IMG/VR virus record: IMGVR_UViG_3300021124_000019
Location: 1-34,533 of that record
DNA length: 34,533 bases
Source of the DNA: a virus
Lineage: Duplodnaviria > Caudoviricetes
Direction: 5' to 3' (one strand)
The position numbers were made by a program, and so were the translations under genes. The notes under the pieces are model-generated. The model ran no database searches, was not told where the DNA came from, and saw only the letters and a program-made list of their open reading frames with translations. Positions 22,879-33,362 of the stretch are shown piece by piece; the first letter of the stretch is position 1; each line of letters starts with the position of its first letter.

Positions 22879-24856
22879 GATTTTGTACGTTTGATAAACC
22901 AGCTCCGGCAGAACCAGGAGTTGCCATAAGTTGAGGAGTAAGCATACTTGCTTGTTGTGGATTGATTCCTAATAGCTGTGCGACTAAACCAGATGTGGCT
23001 TGTTGTTGACGGCCGTAGACGTTAGCTGGGGTACCAGGTATAACTCCTGATAGTTGTGATAGCGCGCCCATTAATGGTCCTTGTGCTCCACCAGCACCTT
23101 GATAAGCTTGACCTAAGTTTTGTGCTAATCCTGATGCAATACCTTGCTTCTGAACCATTGGTCCAAGTGCTTGTAATACTGGTCCTAATGAACTAGCAAA
23201 GTTAATTGGTGATGCTTGTTCTTGTGCAAGTAAATTACTGTATAAGCTAGCTAATTGATTTTGTTGGTCTGGCATGCCTTGTTGCATACTTTGTTGTTGA
23301 TTCATTGGTGCTCCTCCTGCTCCTTGTTGTGCTCCTGCTGCTATTAAACTTCCTGCGCCAACTGTTGTTGGTGGAATTATTTTACCTATTCTACTTAATA
23401 AACTTCCTGTTTGTTCCAATGCTTTAGGAGCTATTTTTGTTTTAGCACCTATGTCAGCTAACTGCATAGCTTTACTAATTTTACCACCACCACCGGCTGC
23501 AACCTTAACAGCATTAACAGCGTGTTGAAATAGATTCTCTTCTGGAGGTGTTAAATTACCTGGTTCAGCTATTCCACCATATCCTGCATCACTGGCTTCC
23601 ATTCTGGCACCAGCATTTTTACTTGCTGTGTTTTGCAAATCTGCTATGGCTTCTTTAGATATGTTTTTCATTTGAACACCAGTTTTTAATTGACCAGTTA
23701 AATCTTGTACAGTGTTTGCATTGTCTATTTTGTCTGCTAAAAAGTTTCCTAGTTTATCACCATATTTATCTACATAGCCAGCTCTTTCAGTAGGGCTAAG
23801 TGTTCTTGCTGCTATTGCATCATTAGCAGCTTGATGATTAACAAGTGGTTCCATTGATTTATTTACTTGGCTTAAAATACTTGAAGTGTTTTTAGCTTGT
23901 TGCATAGCATTAGGACTAGATGTTCTTTCTGCTAAGTCTTGATAACTTTTTTGAGATGTACCAATTTCTTCTCTAAGTTTTTGTAATTGACTTGGAGGTA
24001 TGTTGTTATTCATAAAATCATTAATGGTAGGTTTCCTCAGTTGTCCCGTTGCTACGTCTTTTACTCCAACGTCTGCACGATTAGCCCAAGTATTAAAGAT
24101 GTCATCAAAAGGTGTATTACTAATATCTGTCGGAAGTACTCTTCCTTCTCCTCTGTTTACTCCAAAAGCTTTGGATACGTTTTCTAATAAACCTTTAGTT
24201 TGTGCTGTGCCAACGCTATCTTGAGCAGCAGTTCTTTCAGCACCTAATGTGTCGTAAAATGCTTGTCCAGTAGCATCCATAGCGTGTGGGCTGTGGCTTG
24301 GTAACCCCATCTGGTCCATAAATGCTTGATTGTTTTTTAACATGTTAGCTTCATTTGTTTCAGGAGTTACACCGGCAAAGTTTAATTGAGTTGCTTTTTG
24401 TTTACTCATCTGTGCTAGTTTTTCAGCAGCTTGGGTTTGTGAAGTACTCAAATTTTCAAGCATTGATGAACCTTTGCTAGATAATACTTTACCTAAACCT
24501 TCTGTAACACCACCCAATACTTTACCAACTCCACCTAAAGCTGCACCTTCTACACCTGCTTTAGCTACATCTTGACTCCATGGTTTGCCTTCTAAAACAT
24601 TTTCTAAACCTTGACCAACAGCTTGTCCACCACCATATCCTGCAATTTCACTTACACCTGTTTCACCAAGTCCGGGAATCAAAGCACCACCTATACCACC
24701 AAGAATACTAGTGGCTGTAGGAATTAAATGAGTAAGGAAATTACCACTTTGTTTAGGTTGTTGCTGAGCTTGCTGAACACTTGCTTGTACAGCTTGTGGT
24801 GATTGACCACTTTTAAGCTGTTGATTTGCCCAGTCTGAGTAATTTCCATAATCCAT
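22856..24856 (-). CDS. Putative DNA ejection/internal virion protein
   Basis: 666 aa Gly/Ala/Gln-rich with glycine-zipper-like segments; last gene of tail operon. Confidence 0.6.
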   Translation of the reverse strand: MDYGNYSDWANQQLKSGQSPQAVQASVQQAQQQPKQSGNFLTHLIPTATSILGGIGGALIPGLGETGVSEIAGYGGGQAVGQGLENVLEGKPWSQDVAKAGVEGAALGGVGKVLGGVTEGLGKVLSSKGSSMLENLSTSQTQAAEKLAQMSKQKATQLNFAGVTPETNEANMLKNNQAFMDQMGLPSHSPHAMDATGQAFYDTLGAERTAAQDSVGTAQTKGLLENVSKAFGVNRGEGRVLPTDISNTPFDDIFNTWANRADVGVKDVATGQLRKPTINDFMNNNIPPSQLQKLREEIGTSQKSYQDLAERTSSPNAMQQAKNTSSILSQVNKSMEPLVNHQAANDAIAARTLSPTERAGYVDKYGDKLGNFLADKIDNANTVQDLTGQLKTGVQMKNISKEAIADLQNTASKNAGARMEASDAGYGGIAEPGNLTPPEENLFQHAVNAVKVAAGGGGKISKAMQLADIGAKTKIAPKALEQTGSLLSRIGKIIPPTTVGAGSLIAAGAQQGAGGAPMNQQQSMQQGMPDQQNQLASLYSNLLAQEQASPINFASSLGPVLQALGPMVQKQGIASGLAQNLGQAYQGAGGAQGPLMGALSQLSGVIPGTPANVYGRQQQATSGLVAQLLGINPQQASMLTPQLMATPGSAGAGLSNVQNLIGAYGQ

Positions 24857-24871
24857 AATTAAATCCTATTA

Positions 24872-25924
24872 TTATTTCATTCCAAACAAGTTACCGATAC
24901 CACCTGCAACATCAGAAAGTACTCGTTTACCTATACCTGTTGAACCTAGAGTACCACCAATTGCTCCACCTAACGGGCCAAATAAACTACCTAATCCATA
25001 TCCAGCTGTACTGCCGGCTAGATTTTGAGCAGTTTGATTCTTAGCTATATTAGATATAGGACTATTAGGTTTTGCTGTTCCAGCAGTAGTTGGAGTAGTA
25101 GATGTAGGTTGCATAGCATTATAAATGGCATTTGAATTAGCTTGATTACCTGCATCAATACCTTGTTGAAGTTGAGCTGCTTGTTTACCGTAAAACTCAG
25201 CCTGAGCATATGCTGATGCGGCTTGTGCTGCTGAAGTCATTGAATCCTGGTATCCCTGAATTATAGCAGCATAACCTTTAGCTTGGTCATTGTTTAATCC
25301 ACCTTGTTTTACAGCTAAGTCTTGGTATGCCGACATAGAATCTTGATATGATTTAGCTTGGTTAGCTGCATCTAAGTAATTGTTTTGAAGTTGTGTTTGT
25401 ACGTCTTCTTGTGACTTCAATTGAGCACCGGTAATGTTCTGAGTTCCAGTTAAAGCGTTCTGATAAGATTGGTTCATAGCAGATACGTTAGCAGCTGTGC
25501 TTTGTAGACCCTGTTGAACAGGAGCTAGTTGAGCTTGCTTATAAGCAGCAGCCTGTGATGCTGACATTCCACCTAAATTAGTTCCAGAACCTGCTTCGTA
25601 TGATTGATTAAGTCCACCCATTAATCCTTGAAGTTGTCGTGCACCTTGCATGTAACTTTGCATCAACTGTGGGTCGTAACCAGCTTGTTGCATTTGTTGA
25701 CCAACGTTTTGATTATAGATGTTTTGACCACTACCAGCACCTTTTAAGTAATCTGAATACTGACTGACTTGCTGTTGAGCTTGTCCAGCCTGTTGCTGAG
25801 CTGTATCGTATTGTGATTTGTACTGATTAGCAGTATCTATATCACTTTGATATGCTTGTTGACCTTGCTGTCTAGCTTGAGCTGCCTGTTGTTGTGCCTG
25901 TTGTTGTAATGCCGTATAATCCAT
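24872..25924 (-). CDS. Putative ejection/DNA pilot protein
   Basis: 350 aa Gln/Ala coiled coil with C-terminal glycine zipper GLGSLFGPLGGAIGGTLG. Confidence 0.6.
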   Translation of the reverse strand: MDYTALQQQAQQQAAQARQQGQQAYQSDIDTANQYKSQYDTAQQQAGQAQQQVSQYSDYLKGAGSGQNIYNQNVGQQMQQAGYDPQLMQSYMQGARQLQGLMGGLNQSYEAGSGTNLGGMSASQAAAYKQAQLAPVQQGLQSTAANVSAMNQSYQNALTGTQNITGAQLKSQEDVQTQLQNNYLDAANQAKSYQDSMSAYQDLAVKQGGLNNDQAKGYAAIIQGYQDSMTSAAQAASAYAQAEFYGKQAAQLQQGIDAGNQANSNAIYNAMQPTSTTPTTAGTAKPNSPISNIAKNQTAQNLAGSTAGYGLGSLFGPLGGAIGGTLGSTGIGKRVLSDVAGGIGNLFGMK

Positions 25925-25929
25925 AAAAT

Positions 25930-25980
25930 AAAAAAACCCTTCCTAAAGAGGGCTTGGTTAGTTTGCCTGACTTGATTATA
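25930..25980 (-). promoter_or_regulatory. Late leader motif copy 4 (upstream of ejection genes)
   Basis: TATAAT-caagtc-AGGCAAA-ctaacca-AGCCCT-ctttagga-AGGGTT-TTTTT-atttt-ATG. Confidence 0.8.
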
Positions 25981-26502
25981 CTATACACCCAAATCTTCTA
26001 CAAATACATAAACCCTTAATTTAATAATTGTACCGATGATATTAGGAGGATAAAGTGGTGATTCATCCACCGTATCGTACGCTTTAATTACATTTACATA
26101 TACATTAGTTGCATCAGCTTGCACTTGCAAAAATGCAGCATTTGCACCAGTATCAGTTGTAAGCATAATTACACCATACCCTTGATTGTAATAATCAGGT
26201 TGGGAAACAAAGCTAGTAGAAGTAGCTGCGGCACTACCAGTAAAAGAAGTAACTTCAAATAAAGACCAGATTGTAGGTATATATGAATAGCCATGTGCAA
26301 ATTTATACACTTGTGTAGTTTGAGTAAACACAGTGGTTCCATTTGGGTTAGGTGGTTCATTAAAAAACTGGATTGTAATGGTTTGAAAACTTACTTGATT
26401 TAATTTATCTAGTTTATGAAATGGATATTTATCACTGAAAGTAGTTTGATTTGTGTTAGCATTTTTTAAATTAACACCGTTGGATGATACTTGGATTGCC
26501 AT
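25981..26502 (-). CDS. Tail-associated structural protein
   Basis: 173 aa beta-rich; FAHGYSYIP motif; N-terminus resembles modules of upstream gene. Confidence 0.6.
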   Translation of the reverse strand: MAIQVSSNGVNLKNANTNQTTFSDKYPFHKLDKLNQVSFQTITIQFFNEPPNPNGTTVFTQTTQVYKFAHGYSYIPTIWSLFEVTSFTGSAAATSTSFVSQPDYYNQGYGVIMLTTDTGANAAFLQVQADATNVYVNVIKAYDTVDESPLYPPNIIGTIIKLRVYVFVEDLGV

Positions 26503-27407
26503 TAGTAGTTAACCTGCACATTCTGACTAACAAATAAAGGGTCTCGCAAACAAATCATTGTACCCATACCAGTAAAAGTTGGATTAATAGATGAACCAAA
26601 TAAAGCCATACTTATCCTTGGTTTTGGATTATCAGCATTACCACTAGTGTAAACGTACAAATGAGTTGTACCAGTAGAGTAGTAAGGAACAAATGTATAT
26701 ATCATTTCATTGTTATATAAATAATAAGAAACATTTTGATATGCTTGATAGCCAAAAGCCCATGGTATGTAGTTTTTAGGTATCAGATAACTGAGCGTAC
26801 CTCCAACAGTAGGGTCATAATTAGTTAGACTTTTTTCTGTAACAACTGATAAAACTTGTGGACTTGCTGCTCTTGAATGAAGCACAAAGCTTCTTAAATC
26901 TTTATCATTAATACCTTTGTTGTTTTTAGCTATTTTAATTCCGTATGCTGAATCATAAGGCTGTGCAATAGGAGATGGCTGTGTATATTCATATGATTGT
27001 TGATACTGTAAGTTAACATTATATACTTTCACATTGATAGATTGGCCAGCAGTCAACTTGGTTTGTGCTTGATTAGTTGACCAGTATATATCTATTACAA
27101 TCTTATTTGCATACACATCTATCGGTATACGACCTAGTTCTACTCCGTTTTGTACAAGCCAAGCTTGAGTAAAAGCAAAGAATCCAGGATTGATTGGGTA
27201 AGTAATAACATCACGTGTAACATTAAAACCTGTTGGGTCAGTGAAACTAGTTACTGTAGTACCAGTAGGATAATTGTTATAACTAAAAGTTACATCGTAT
27301 AGAATCTGTATTGAAGGCCAAGATGAACTAAATATCAAATTATAATCTGCACATTTGTTTGCGTCATAGCCTGGTTGAGCTATTTTTATTCCCGCTGTCT
27401 GAGCCAT
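26502..27407 (-). CDS. Tail-associated structural protein with internal duplication
   Basis: GIKIAQPGYD...LIFSS and GIKIAKNNKG...FVLHS modules. Confidence 0.6.
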   Translation of the reverse strand: MAQTAGIKIAQPGYDANKCADYNLIFSSSWPSIQILYDVTFSYNNYPTGTTVTSFTDPTGFNVTRDVITYPINPGFFAFTQAWLVQNGVELGRIPIDVYANKIVIDIYWSTNQAQTKLTAGQSINVKVYNVNLQYQQSYEYTQPSPIAQPYDSAYGIKIAKNNKGINDKDLRSFVLHSRAASPQVLSVVTEKSLTNYDPTVGGTLSYLIPKNYIPWAFGYQAYQNVSYYLYNNEMIYTFVPYYSTGTTHLYVYTSGNADNPKPRISMALFGSSINPTFTGMGTMICLRDPLFVSQNVQVNY

Positions 27408-27712
27408 TAGAAGCTCCCTGAACCAATTTGTACCCTTACATTACCTGTTCCGTCTGTAACGGTGTACGCACCTTGTACGTTCTGCTGACCGGTATTCTGA
27501 CCCGGTAGAATTGTAGTAGGTGCTGTTTGCTGTTGTATCTGCTGTTGGTAAACTAAAGCTTCTAAAGAAAGATAAGGTATAGTACCGTAGGTATTACTAA
27601 CTTCTCCAGTTTGAGATGGTTGTATTTGAAAGTTTAAGTTACCAAACGTAGGAGTAAATGTCGAATACATTAAAGACTGGTTTGGCATGTTTTGTGCTAG
27701 TTCTTGGTCCAT
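27407..27712 (-). CDS. Small tail protein
   Basis: 101 aa ending VTDGTGNVRVQIG; coupled in tail operon. Confidence 0.55.
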   Translation of the reverse strand: MDQELAQNMPNQSLMYSTFTPTFGNLNFQIQPSQTGEVSNTYGTIPYLSLEALVYQQQIQQQTAPTTILPGQNTGQQNVQGAYTVTDGTGNVRVQIGSGSF

Positions 27713-27720
27713 GTATCCTC

Positions 27721-29841
27721 CTAAGTGTGGTCTTTACGTATTGATGTTTCTTCTTCTCTTGGGTCTATTTCTATTGTAACACCTGTAATAGTTGGCGCTG
27801 AGGTTGCTGATGAAGAACAGGTACCGCTAAAACCTATTTGTATTTCATAGAATCTAGCGTTGTTCAACTCTACTACTATTGAGGTATCATTAACAGCTGC
27901 AGCAAATGGAGTACCAGATACGGGGTCTGCAGTAATTTGAGCGCCTCTATCTATAGAATAATAAGCATTTAATGTGGTACCAGCTGGAAGAGGCAGGAAG
28001 TTTATTTTAAGTCTGTGAGCTTTCTTATGTTTGTAACGTACTCCACCATCATATATAAGTGACTGCCAGTTGAATGTTGGTGCCGGTGTCGAACTGTTGT
28101 TTAGTATGTCTAAACCATAGCGAGTCACTGAACCTGAATCAGTGTATTGCCATGAAGTATACATAGTATCAACAAAGTTTTTAATCATACCAAGTTGCAT
28201 GTTATTAGATGCGGAATAGTTTTGACCGACTATACTAGCAAGAGATGATGCGTATGAATAACAGAATGAGTTAGGAAATGTGAGTTCTACAGAACCCCAG
28301 GAATATATACCATAGTTGAGATTAATATTAGTAGTTGTTGAAGGATAACCAATCATCAATAAGTTATATCGAATATCCATCATGTTTGGGTTGACTATTG
28401 TAGAGTCATTCGTATTTAAATAATCAGAGTTTTGGTAGGCTAGGTAACGTACTTTAATTACTTGTTGTCCACCACCCCAAGCAAATAATGAACCTGCACA
28501 TACAAAGTAAGTAATGTTATTAAGTGTCTGTAATGAGTATGGTGCACCCATTGGTATTTCAATTTTGAAGTTATAGTTTGAGTTAATGCCATCCCAGAAG
28601 TATAAGTAACCGTCTTGGAAACTCTTATTGGCATTTGTACTTCTTTTTTCTGCAGCAATAACTATGTACTGATTGTTTACTGTCATACCACATACTTCAT
28701 AACCTATATCCAAAGCTAAGATATGTCTTTGAAAACCTGATGTACCACCTGAAGGGTTTGGTGGACTTGAATCGTTTAAGAAATCATAACTAGCAACGAA
28801 ACCACCATTACCGATGTAAAGTTTGTTAGAGAATATCAAAGCAGGATGCCATGTATTGTTAGTTGTAATCAATCTATTTATAAATAATACAAAGTTAGTA
28901 CCAGTCATATCGCTTGCACTTATGGTAGCTATAGTTGTGGTGTCACTAGATACACTTGAAGTCAAATGGAAATGGTAAGAAGCATTAGCACCGGTAAAGT
29001 TAGCGTTTGGTATAACAACCACTGGTGTTGAAAAAATAAAGTTGTTCCAACCTACTACTAAGTTTGCATTAGTTATTGTCGATGTCGCTAGTGTGTTATT
29101 AAGTGAATCGTGGAATGTCAGAGTAACGTCACCTGTACCTTTGACAGGGAAGTACACAGCTATAGAATAAACTGGAGTTAGGTCTGGTATGAATGAACAC
29201 AAGTTAGTAGAAGTTTCAACTACAGTATTTGGTAATATGTATGAATTAGTGAGCGTGTTTGTAATGATGCTCGTGTAGTTAGAAGGAGTAATTGCTTGAC
29301 CAGCATAACTTACTATGTTGTTTCTAATAGTGTTGTTCTGACCATCGTAGGCACCATTGACTGTGTTGTACTGATAGATTACGTTGTTAGATACAGATGC
29401 TGATGGACCAAATTGGTCTAGCAATAGCTTAGGTGTAGCTGATGTAACACGACTATAAACCGTTACTGCATTTTGTGTAGTAATGTAAATAGAATCTGAA
29501 TACTGGTTGTACACAATACCGGCAGCACCATTAGAGTTAAGTTTACCTATTACACTGATTACACCAGATGTGTTTATTTTATAAAACCAACCTTGATTAC
29601 CTACAGCGTATCGTACACCATTAGCATCCTGACACATGCAAGTAATGAGGTCTCTAAGTGTAGATGAAACTGGACTCATCCCTGGTAAAACTGACATTTG
29701 AGATGGCTTGGAACGAAAATCAAGACCCTGTGAGTAGTAAAAAGAATTAGCTATACCATACTTATAGTCGACAGCCATACCACCTATGAATGAGTTTAAG
29801 TGGATTTTATCTTTTTCTGAATTGTGAGGACCTTTAGCCAT
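27721..29841 (-). CDS. Tail nozzle/stabilisation protein (P22 gp10-like beta-propeller)
   Basis: 706 aa, N-terminal FIGGM, beta-rich; follows adaptor gene. Confidence 0.65.
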   Translation of the reverse strand: MAKGPHNSEKDKIHLNSFIGGMAVDYKYGIANSFYYSQGLDFRSKPSQMSVLPGMSPVSSTLRDLITCMCQDANGVRYAVGNQGWFYKINTSGVISVIGKLNSNGAAGIVYNQYSDSIYITTQNAVTVYSRVTSATPKLLLDQFGPSASVSNNVIYQYNTVNGAYDGQNNTIRNNIVSYAGQAITPSNYTSIITNTLTNSYILPNTVVETSTNLCSFIPDLTPVYSIAVYFPVKGTGDVTLTFHDSLNNTLATSTITNANLVVGWNNFIFSTPVVVIPNANFTGANASYHFHLTSSVSSDTTTIATISASDMTGTNFVLFINRLITTNNTWHPALIFSNKLYIGNGGFVASYDFLNDSSPPNPSGGTSGFQRHILALDIGYEVCGMTVNNQYIVIAAEKRSTNANKSFQDGYLYFWDGINSNYNFKIEIPMGAPYSLQTLNNITYFVCAGSLFAWGGGQQVIKVRYLAYQNSDYLNTNDSTIVNPNMMDIRYNLLMIGYPSTTTNINLNYGIYSWGSVELTFPNSFCYSYASSLASIVGQNYSASNNMQLGMIKNFVDTMYTSWQYTDSGSVTRYGLDILNNSSTPAPTFNWQSLIYDGGVRYKHKKAHRLKINFLPLPAGTTLNAYYSIDRGAQITADPVSGTPFAAAVNDTSIVVELNNARFYEIQIGFSGTCSSSATSAPTITGVTIEIDPREEETSIRKDHT

Positions 29842-29844
29842 TTA

Positions 29845-30744
29845 TTACCCCGATATTACACCAGGAGGTAGCCAGAAGATGTTAAAGATATTATCTGTAA
29901 GCGGTTTCTGTACGACCCCGGTTGTTTTGTTTGCGTATGCTTGCTTGAATTGCATAAGTAAATCTTCATACAATCCTTTATATAGTGTAGCACTAGCCAT
30001 GTCATTTCGCTTCAAATAATATTGGTACGCTGCATAGTACACAAGACCTAAGTGATACTCTTCTGGGATGTCTGGTACTAAACCTATTTGACATGCCACA
30101 GCAGTTCCTGTAGGACCTTGATAATAGTTTTCAAGAGTAAGCTGTGATGCTGTAGCACCTACAATTGGGTACCAGTTACCATCTGAACCATCAGTTACTG
30201 TAAAGTACATACCATTCATATTAGTATTAAAGTTTGTACTTGGGCTTGTAACATACTGTGAACCGTTAGTAACAGTTACAGTCGTAGTGGTGACATCGTC
30301 TACGCTCATGTCAATCATACGTGGTTCGTAAGATATTATAAGACCTGCAGTTTGACTTTGTGATGGTGTAGGATACAATCCGATTTCATTTTTACCTCTG
30401 ACAAAATAGAATTGAGGCACAATTACTGTGTTAGATGGAATCACATTGAAACGGTTCCATAGTGCTTCTGAATCCACGTTAACTAGTGGCCAGTTATATC
30501 CACCAGTATTAGCACGTACTTCTGTAATACGTACCATGTCTTCTGGAAATGTGTAGTATTGCTGTCCTGCAACCAAGTTAGCTGTGACTTCTTTACGAGT
30601 CCAGTATCTCCTTGATTGGTTTTTAAATAACCTCAGAGCGTGGTTAATGTCTTGTTTTGAATTAACAAGGTCTTGAGTATCAGTTGTTGTACTGACACCT
30701 GTTATGTTTGCTACTCTGTTATATAGTTGTGTAAATGTTATCAT
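29845..30744 (-). CDS. Head-tail adaptor protein
   Basis: DINHALR, LVAGQQYYTFPED, IGLYPTP, PDIPEEYHLGLVYYAA motifs typical of podovirus adaptors. Confidence 0.75.
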   Translation of the reverse strand: MITFTQLYNRVANITGVSTTTDTQDLVNSKQDINHALRLFKNQSRRYWTRKEVTANLVAGQQYYTFPEDMVRITEVRANTGGYNWPLVNVDSEALWNRFNVIPSNTVIVPQFYFVRGKNEIGLYPTPSQSQTAGLIISYEPRMIDMSVDDVTTTTVTVTNGSQYVTSPSTNFNTNMNGMYFTVTDGSDGNWYPIVGATASQLTLENYYQGPTGTAVACQIGLVPDIPEEYHLGLVYYAAYQYYLKRNDMASATLYKGLYEDLLMQFKQAYANKTTGVVQKPLTDNIFNIFWLPPGVISG

Positions 30745-30760
30745 TGTTTATTTCTCCTCA

Positions 30761-31687
30761 TTATGTTGCACTCACTAGATAACCATCAAATATTAAAGGA
30801 ACATACATACTCGTTGTTTGGTTGTATCCGTAAGCCGAAACTGTATCTCCAATGTTTAATTGTATGAACTTTGAAAATGAATAAACGAGTGATTGTCCAT
30901 TTCCAGGTGAATAACTTGTGTAATATGTAGGTGTTGAACTAAATGAATTAACATTTATTCCCAATACTACAGTATTTGTACTTGAGGCAGAAGGACTAGC
31001 TATAAGTGAAAAATAATAAAAACCTGCTATAGGTGCGGTAAATTGAAAATTGGTTGTTATATCAAAATTATTTCCTGTATCAAAAGTTTTAGCATTAAAT
31101 TGAATTTTTGTATAAGCAGATGCAGTAACAGTTTGAGTAGTATTTCTATATACACTAAACTTGTAAGGGTTATATACTTTACTAGTATACAATCCTGCCG
31201 CAGCCACTTGCGTATTAGTTATAGATGAAGCCGTAAGGTAACTAGCATTAATACTACCAGTAGTTACAGGCACTCCGTAAATAGTACCTGAGTTGCTTGT
31301 TGTGTAACCTGTCAGTGTGTCAGCAGATATAGTTGCGTTAGTAATTGTAGGACTGTTTATTGTAGGGCTTGTAAGTGTTTTGTTAGTCAATGTTTGGCTT
31401 GTAGTTGTCTGAACTACTGTTGCAGGAAATGTAGGTGTTCCACCAATAGTATAAGTACCAGATAATGTTCCAGATAATGTTGCACCATTTATTGTTGGAG
31501 AAGTCAATGTCTTATTAGTAAGTGTTTGACTATCTGTTAATCCTACTGGTTGACTAGATAAGTTAAGATAAGTGTTTCTAGATATAGCTTGAGTAGCTGT
31601 TAATGAATTAGTGTAAATAGGAAGTAAATCATTAGTAGCATCTATGGTGGTTGCAGTTGGTAGTGAGTTTATTGTTACATTACTCAT
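30761..31687 (-). CDS. Tail fibre with C1q-like C-terminal domain
   Basis: QTLTNKTLTSPTI repeats; FSVYR...IQFN...FTAPIAGFYYFS...QLNIGDTV...FDGYLV C1q pattern. Confidence 0.75.
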   Translation of the reverse strand: MSNVTINSLPTATTIDATNDLLPIYTNSLTATQAISRNTYLNLSSQPVGLTDSQTLTNKTLTSPTINGATLSGTLSGTYTIGGTPTFPATVVQTTTSQTLTNKTLTSPTINSPTITNATISADTLTGYTTSNSGTIYGVPVTTGSINASYLTASSITNTQVAAAGLYTSKVYNPYKFSVYRNTTQTVTASAYTKIQFNAKTFDTGNNFDITTNFQFTAPIAGFYYFSLIASPSASSTNTVVLGINVNSFSSTPTYYTSYSPGNGQSLVYSFSKFIQLNIGDTVSAYGYNQTTSMYVPLIFDGYLVSAT

Positions 31688-32595
31688 GATGATTGGTAAA
31701 CCCCTTGCAAAGTAATTTGGTTAGTGTTAGCCCATGTATTTGGAACAGTTGCAGAAACTCCAGTTATTTGAACATAAGTAGGGGAAACTAAAGAAGCTAG
31801 TAATTGACATTTATTAGCACCTGTTGTGTTGTTTATTGCACCATATAAGAAATAATTACTACCTCCTGCAAAACCCCAACCTGTAGCTATCATATTTTGA
31901 GTATTACCAGTTGTTGGATAAGTAGTTGTATTGTTGTTCACTGGTAAAGTGAAGTAGGGGTTTGTTCCTACCGAAGAAGTTGTACCTAAAACTACTTGCA
32001 TAGTGAAATAAACATTTTTACCAACTGTGACGTAATAACAATTTAATGTTCCATTACCTATAGTGAAGTTTGTAAATGTTGGAGTCCAAGTAGTCCAAGC
32101 CCATGAAGAATCGGATGTTAATTTTGTTAAAGGTACACTAGATGATGTTAATGAAGAACCACTAATTGCACCACTTGTTATAGATACACCATATATTGTT
32201 CCACTGTTTGAAGTTGTATATCCAGTAAGTGTATCTGCGCTTATTGTAGCGTTTGTAATGGTTGGTGAATTAATAGTTGGACTTGTTAGCGTTTTGTTGG
32301 TTAAAGTCTGCACAACAGTGTTCTGTGTGACTGAGGAAGGAAAGGTTGGTGTACCACCTATTGTGTATGTTCCAGAAAGGGTGCCACTTAAAGTAGCACC
32401 GTTAATAGTAGGTGATGTAAGTGTTTTGTTTGTCAGCGTCTGGGAATCACTCAGTCCGACAGGCTGGGAAGCTAAATTAAGAAAAATATTTCGGTTAATT
32501 TGTTGAGTAGTATTAAGGGAATTTGTAACAATAGGAAAAGTATCCGCTGTTGCGTCAATTGTAGCTGCGACTGGTAGTGAGGTTATTGTTGCCAT
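31684..32595 (-). CDS. Tail fibre paralogue with a different C-terminal head
   Basis: Start at 32595 (MATITSLP; TAATG overlap); shares N-half with neighbour; WTTWTPT...GKNVYF...FTLPV head. Confidence 0.75.
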   Translation of the reverse strand: MATITSLPVAATIDATADTFPIVTNSLNTTQQINRNIFLNLASQPVGLSDSQTLTNKTLTSPTINGATLSGTLSGTYTIGGTPTFPSSVTQNTVVQTLTNKTLTSPTINSPTITNATISADTLTGYTTSNSGTIYGVSITSGAISGSSLTSSSVPLTKLTSDSSWAWTTWTPTFTNFTIGNGTLNCYYVTVGKNVYFTMQVVLGTTSSVGTNPYFTLPVNNNTTTYPTTGNTQNMIATGWGFAGGSNYFLYGAINNTTGANKCQLLASLVSPTYVQITGVSATVPNTWANTNQITLQGVYQSS

Positions 32596-32957
32596 TATGC
32601 TCCTGATATTGTCCACTGTGTTATGTTGCGTGGTGAGGTGTAAGTAGTATTTGTTACTAAATTATCTCCATCGTTTGTAATAATAAAACTATTACTGTTA
32701 CTTATTATATACCTAGTACCTACTGTTACAATATAGCCGTTTCCACTTGGTGGTTGCCATTTACTTCTGTTTTTAGTGCTTTGATTCCAGCTTGTAGCGT
32801 ATCTTTGTTTGTACGTCTGTGGCTGAATGTTTAGCGTGGTACCAGATTGAGTTGTTAAATTACTTAGACTTTGTGTCTGTATAGCAGCTCCGGTTGAAGG
32901 TATTGCAAAACCTGTACCGGATGGCGGGGTCCAAACTGTGGGATTCCTGACTGCCAT
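32595..32957 (-). CDS. Fibre-associated structural protein
   Basis: 120 aa with duplicated W(T/Q)PPSG(T/N)G(F/Y) module. Confidence 0.55.
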   Translation of the reverse strand: MAVRNPTVWTPPSGTGFAIPSTGAAIQTQSLSNLTTQSGTTLNIQPQTYKQRYATSWNQSTKNRSKWQPPSGNGYIVTVGTRYIISNSNSFIITNDGDNLVTNTTYTSPRNITQWTISGA

Positions 32958-32965
32958 TTAGAAAC

Positions 32966-33343
32966 CTATACTACCTTAAATTGGAAATATACTGTGTTTG
33001 TACCGCTTGAAGGCTTAAGATAAATGTTTGTCATTCTTGCACAATCAATAGTCCAAAGTGTGTTTGCAGGTATTAAAAGACCTTGTGCGTAAGATGCGTC
33101 TTCGCCTACTTGAATTGTAACTGTTGAGTTAACTGTAAACTGTACCGCATTAGTTGGTACTGTTAAAGCTACTCCTGAACCACTCATGTTGGTTTGTGGA
33201 GAAGTTACAGGTGTTCCTGTAGCATCTTGAGATACAACTGTGTTACCAGTAGTACCAGTCATTTCTACACGGTTCTGGTCCTGAACTAATGAACCAAAAG
33301 ATTGTATACCTTTTTGCCTAATAGCTGTTGGTGTATATGCCAT
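32966..33343 (-). CDS. Small beta-sandwich virion protein
   Basis: 125 aa Thr/Val-rich; AAGGAG SD; first gene after leader copy 5. Confidence 0.6.
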   Translation of the reverse strand: MAYTPTAIRQKGIQSFGSLVQDQNRVEMTGTTGNTVVSQDATGTPVTSPQTNMSGSGVALTVPTNAVQFTVNSTVTIQVGEDASYAQGLLIPANTLWTIDCARMTNIYLKPSSGTNTVYFQFKVV

Positions 33344-33362
33344 GTTTGCTCCTTATTAAATT

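Noticed and set aside
25962-25968. TTGCCT (complement of AGGCAA) as -35 of antisense promoters
   Set aside because: No -10 hexamer at 17-nt spacing on the plus strand in the copies checked (2-5).
30761-32595. Diversity-generating retroelement or invertible fibre cassette
   Set aside because: No reverse transcriptase or invertase; paralogues are same-strand and differ at synonymous sites, not adenine-specifically.
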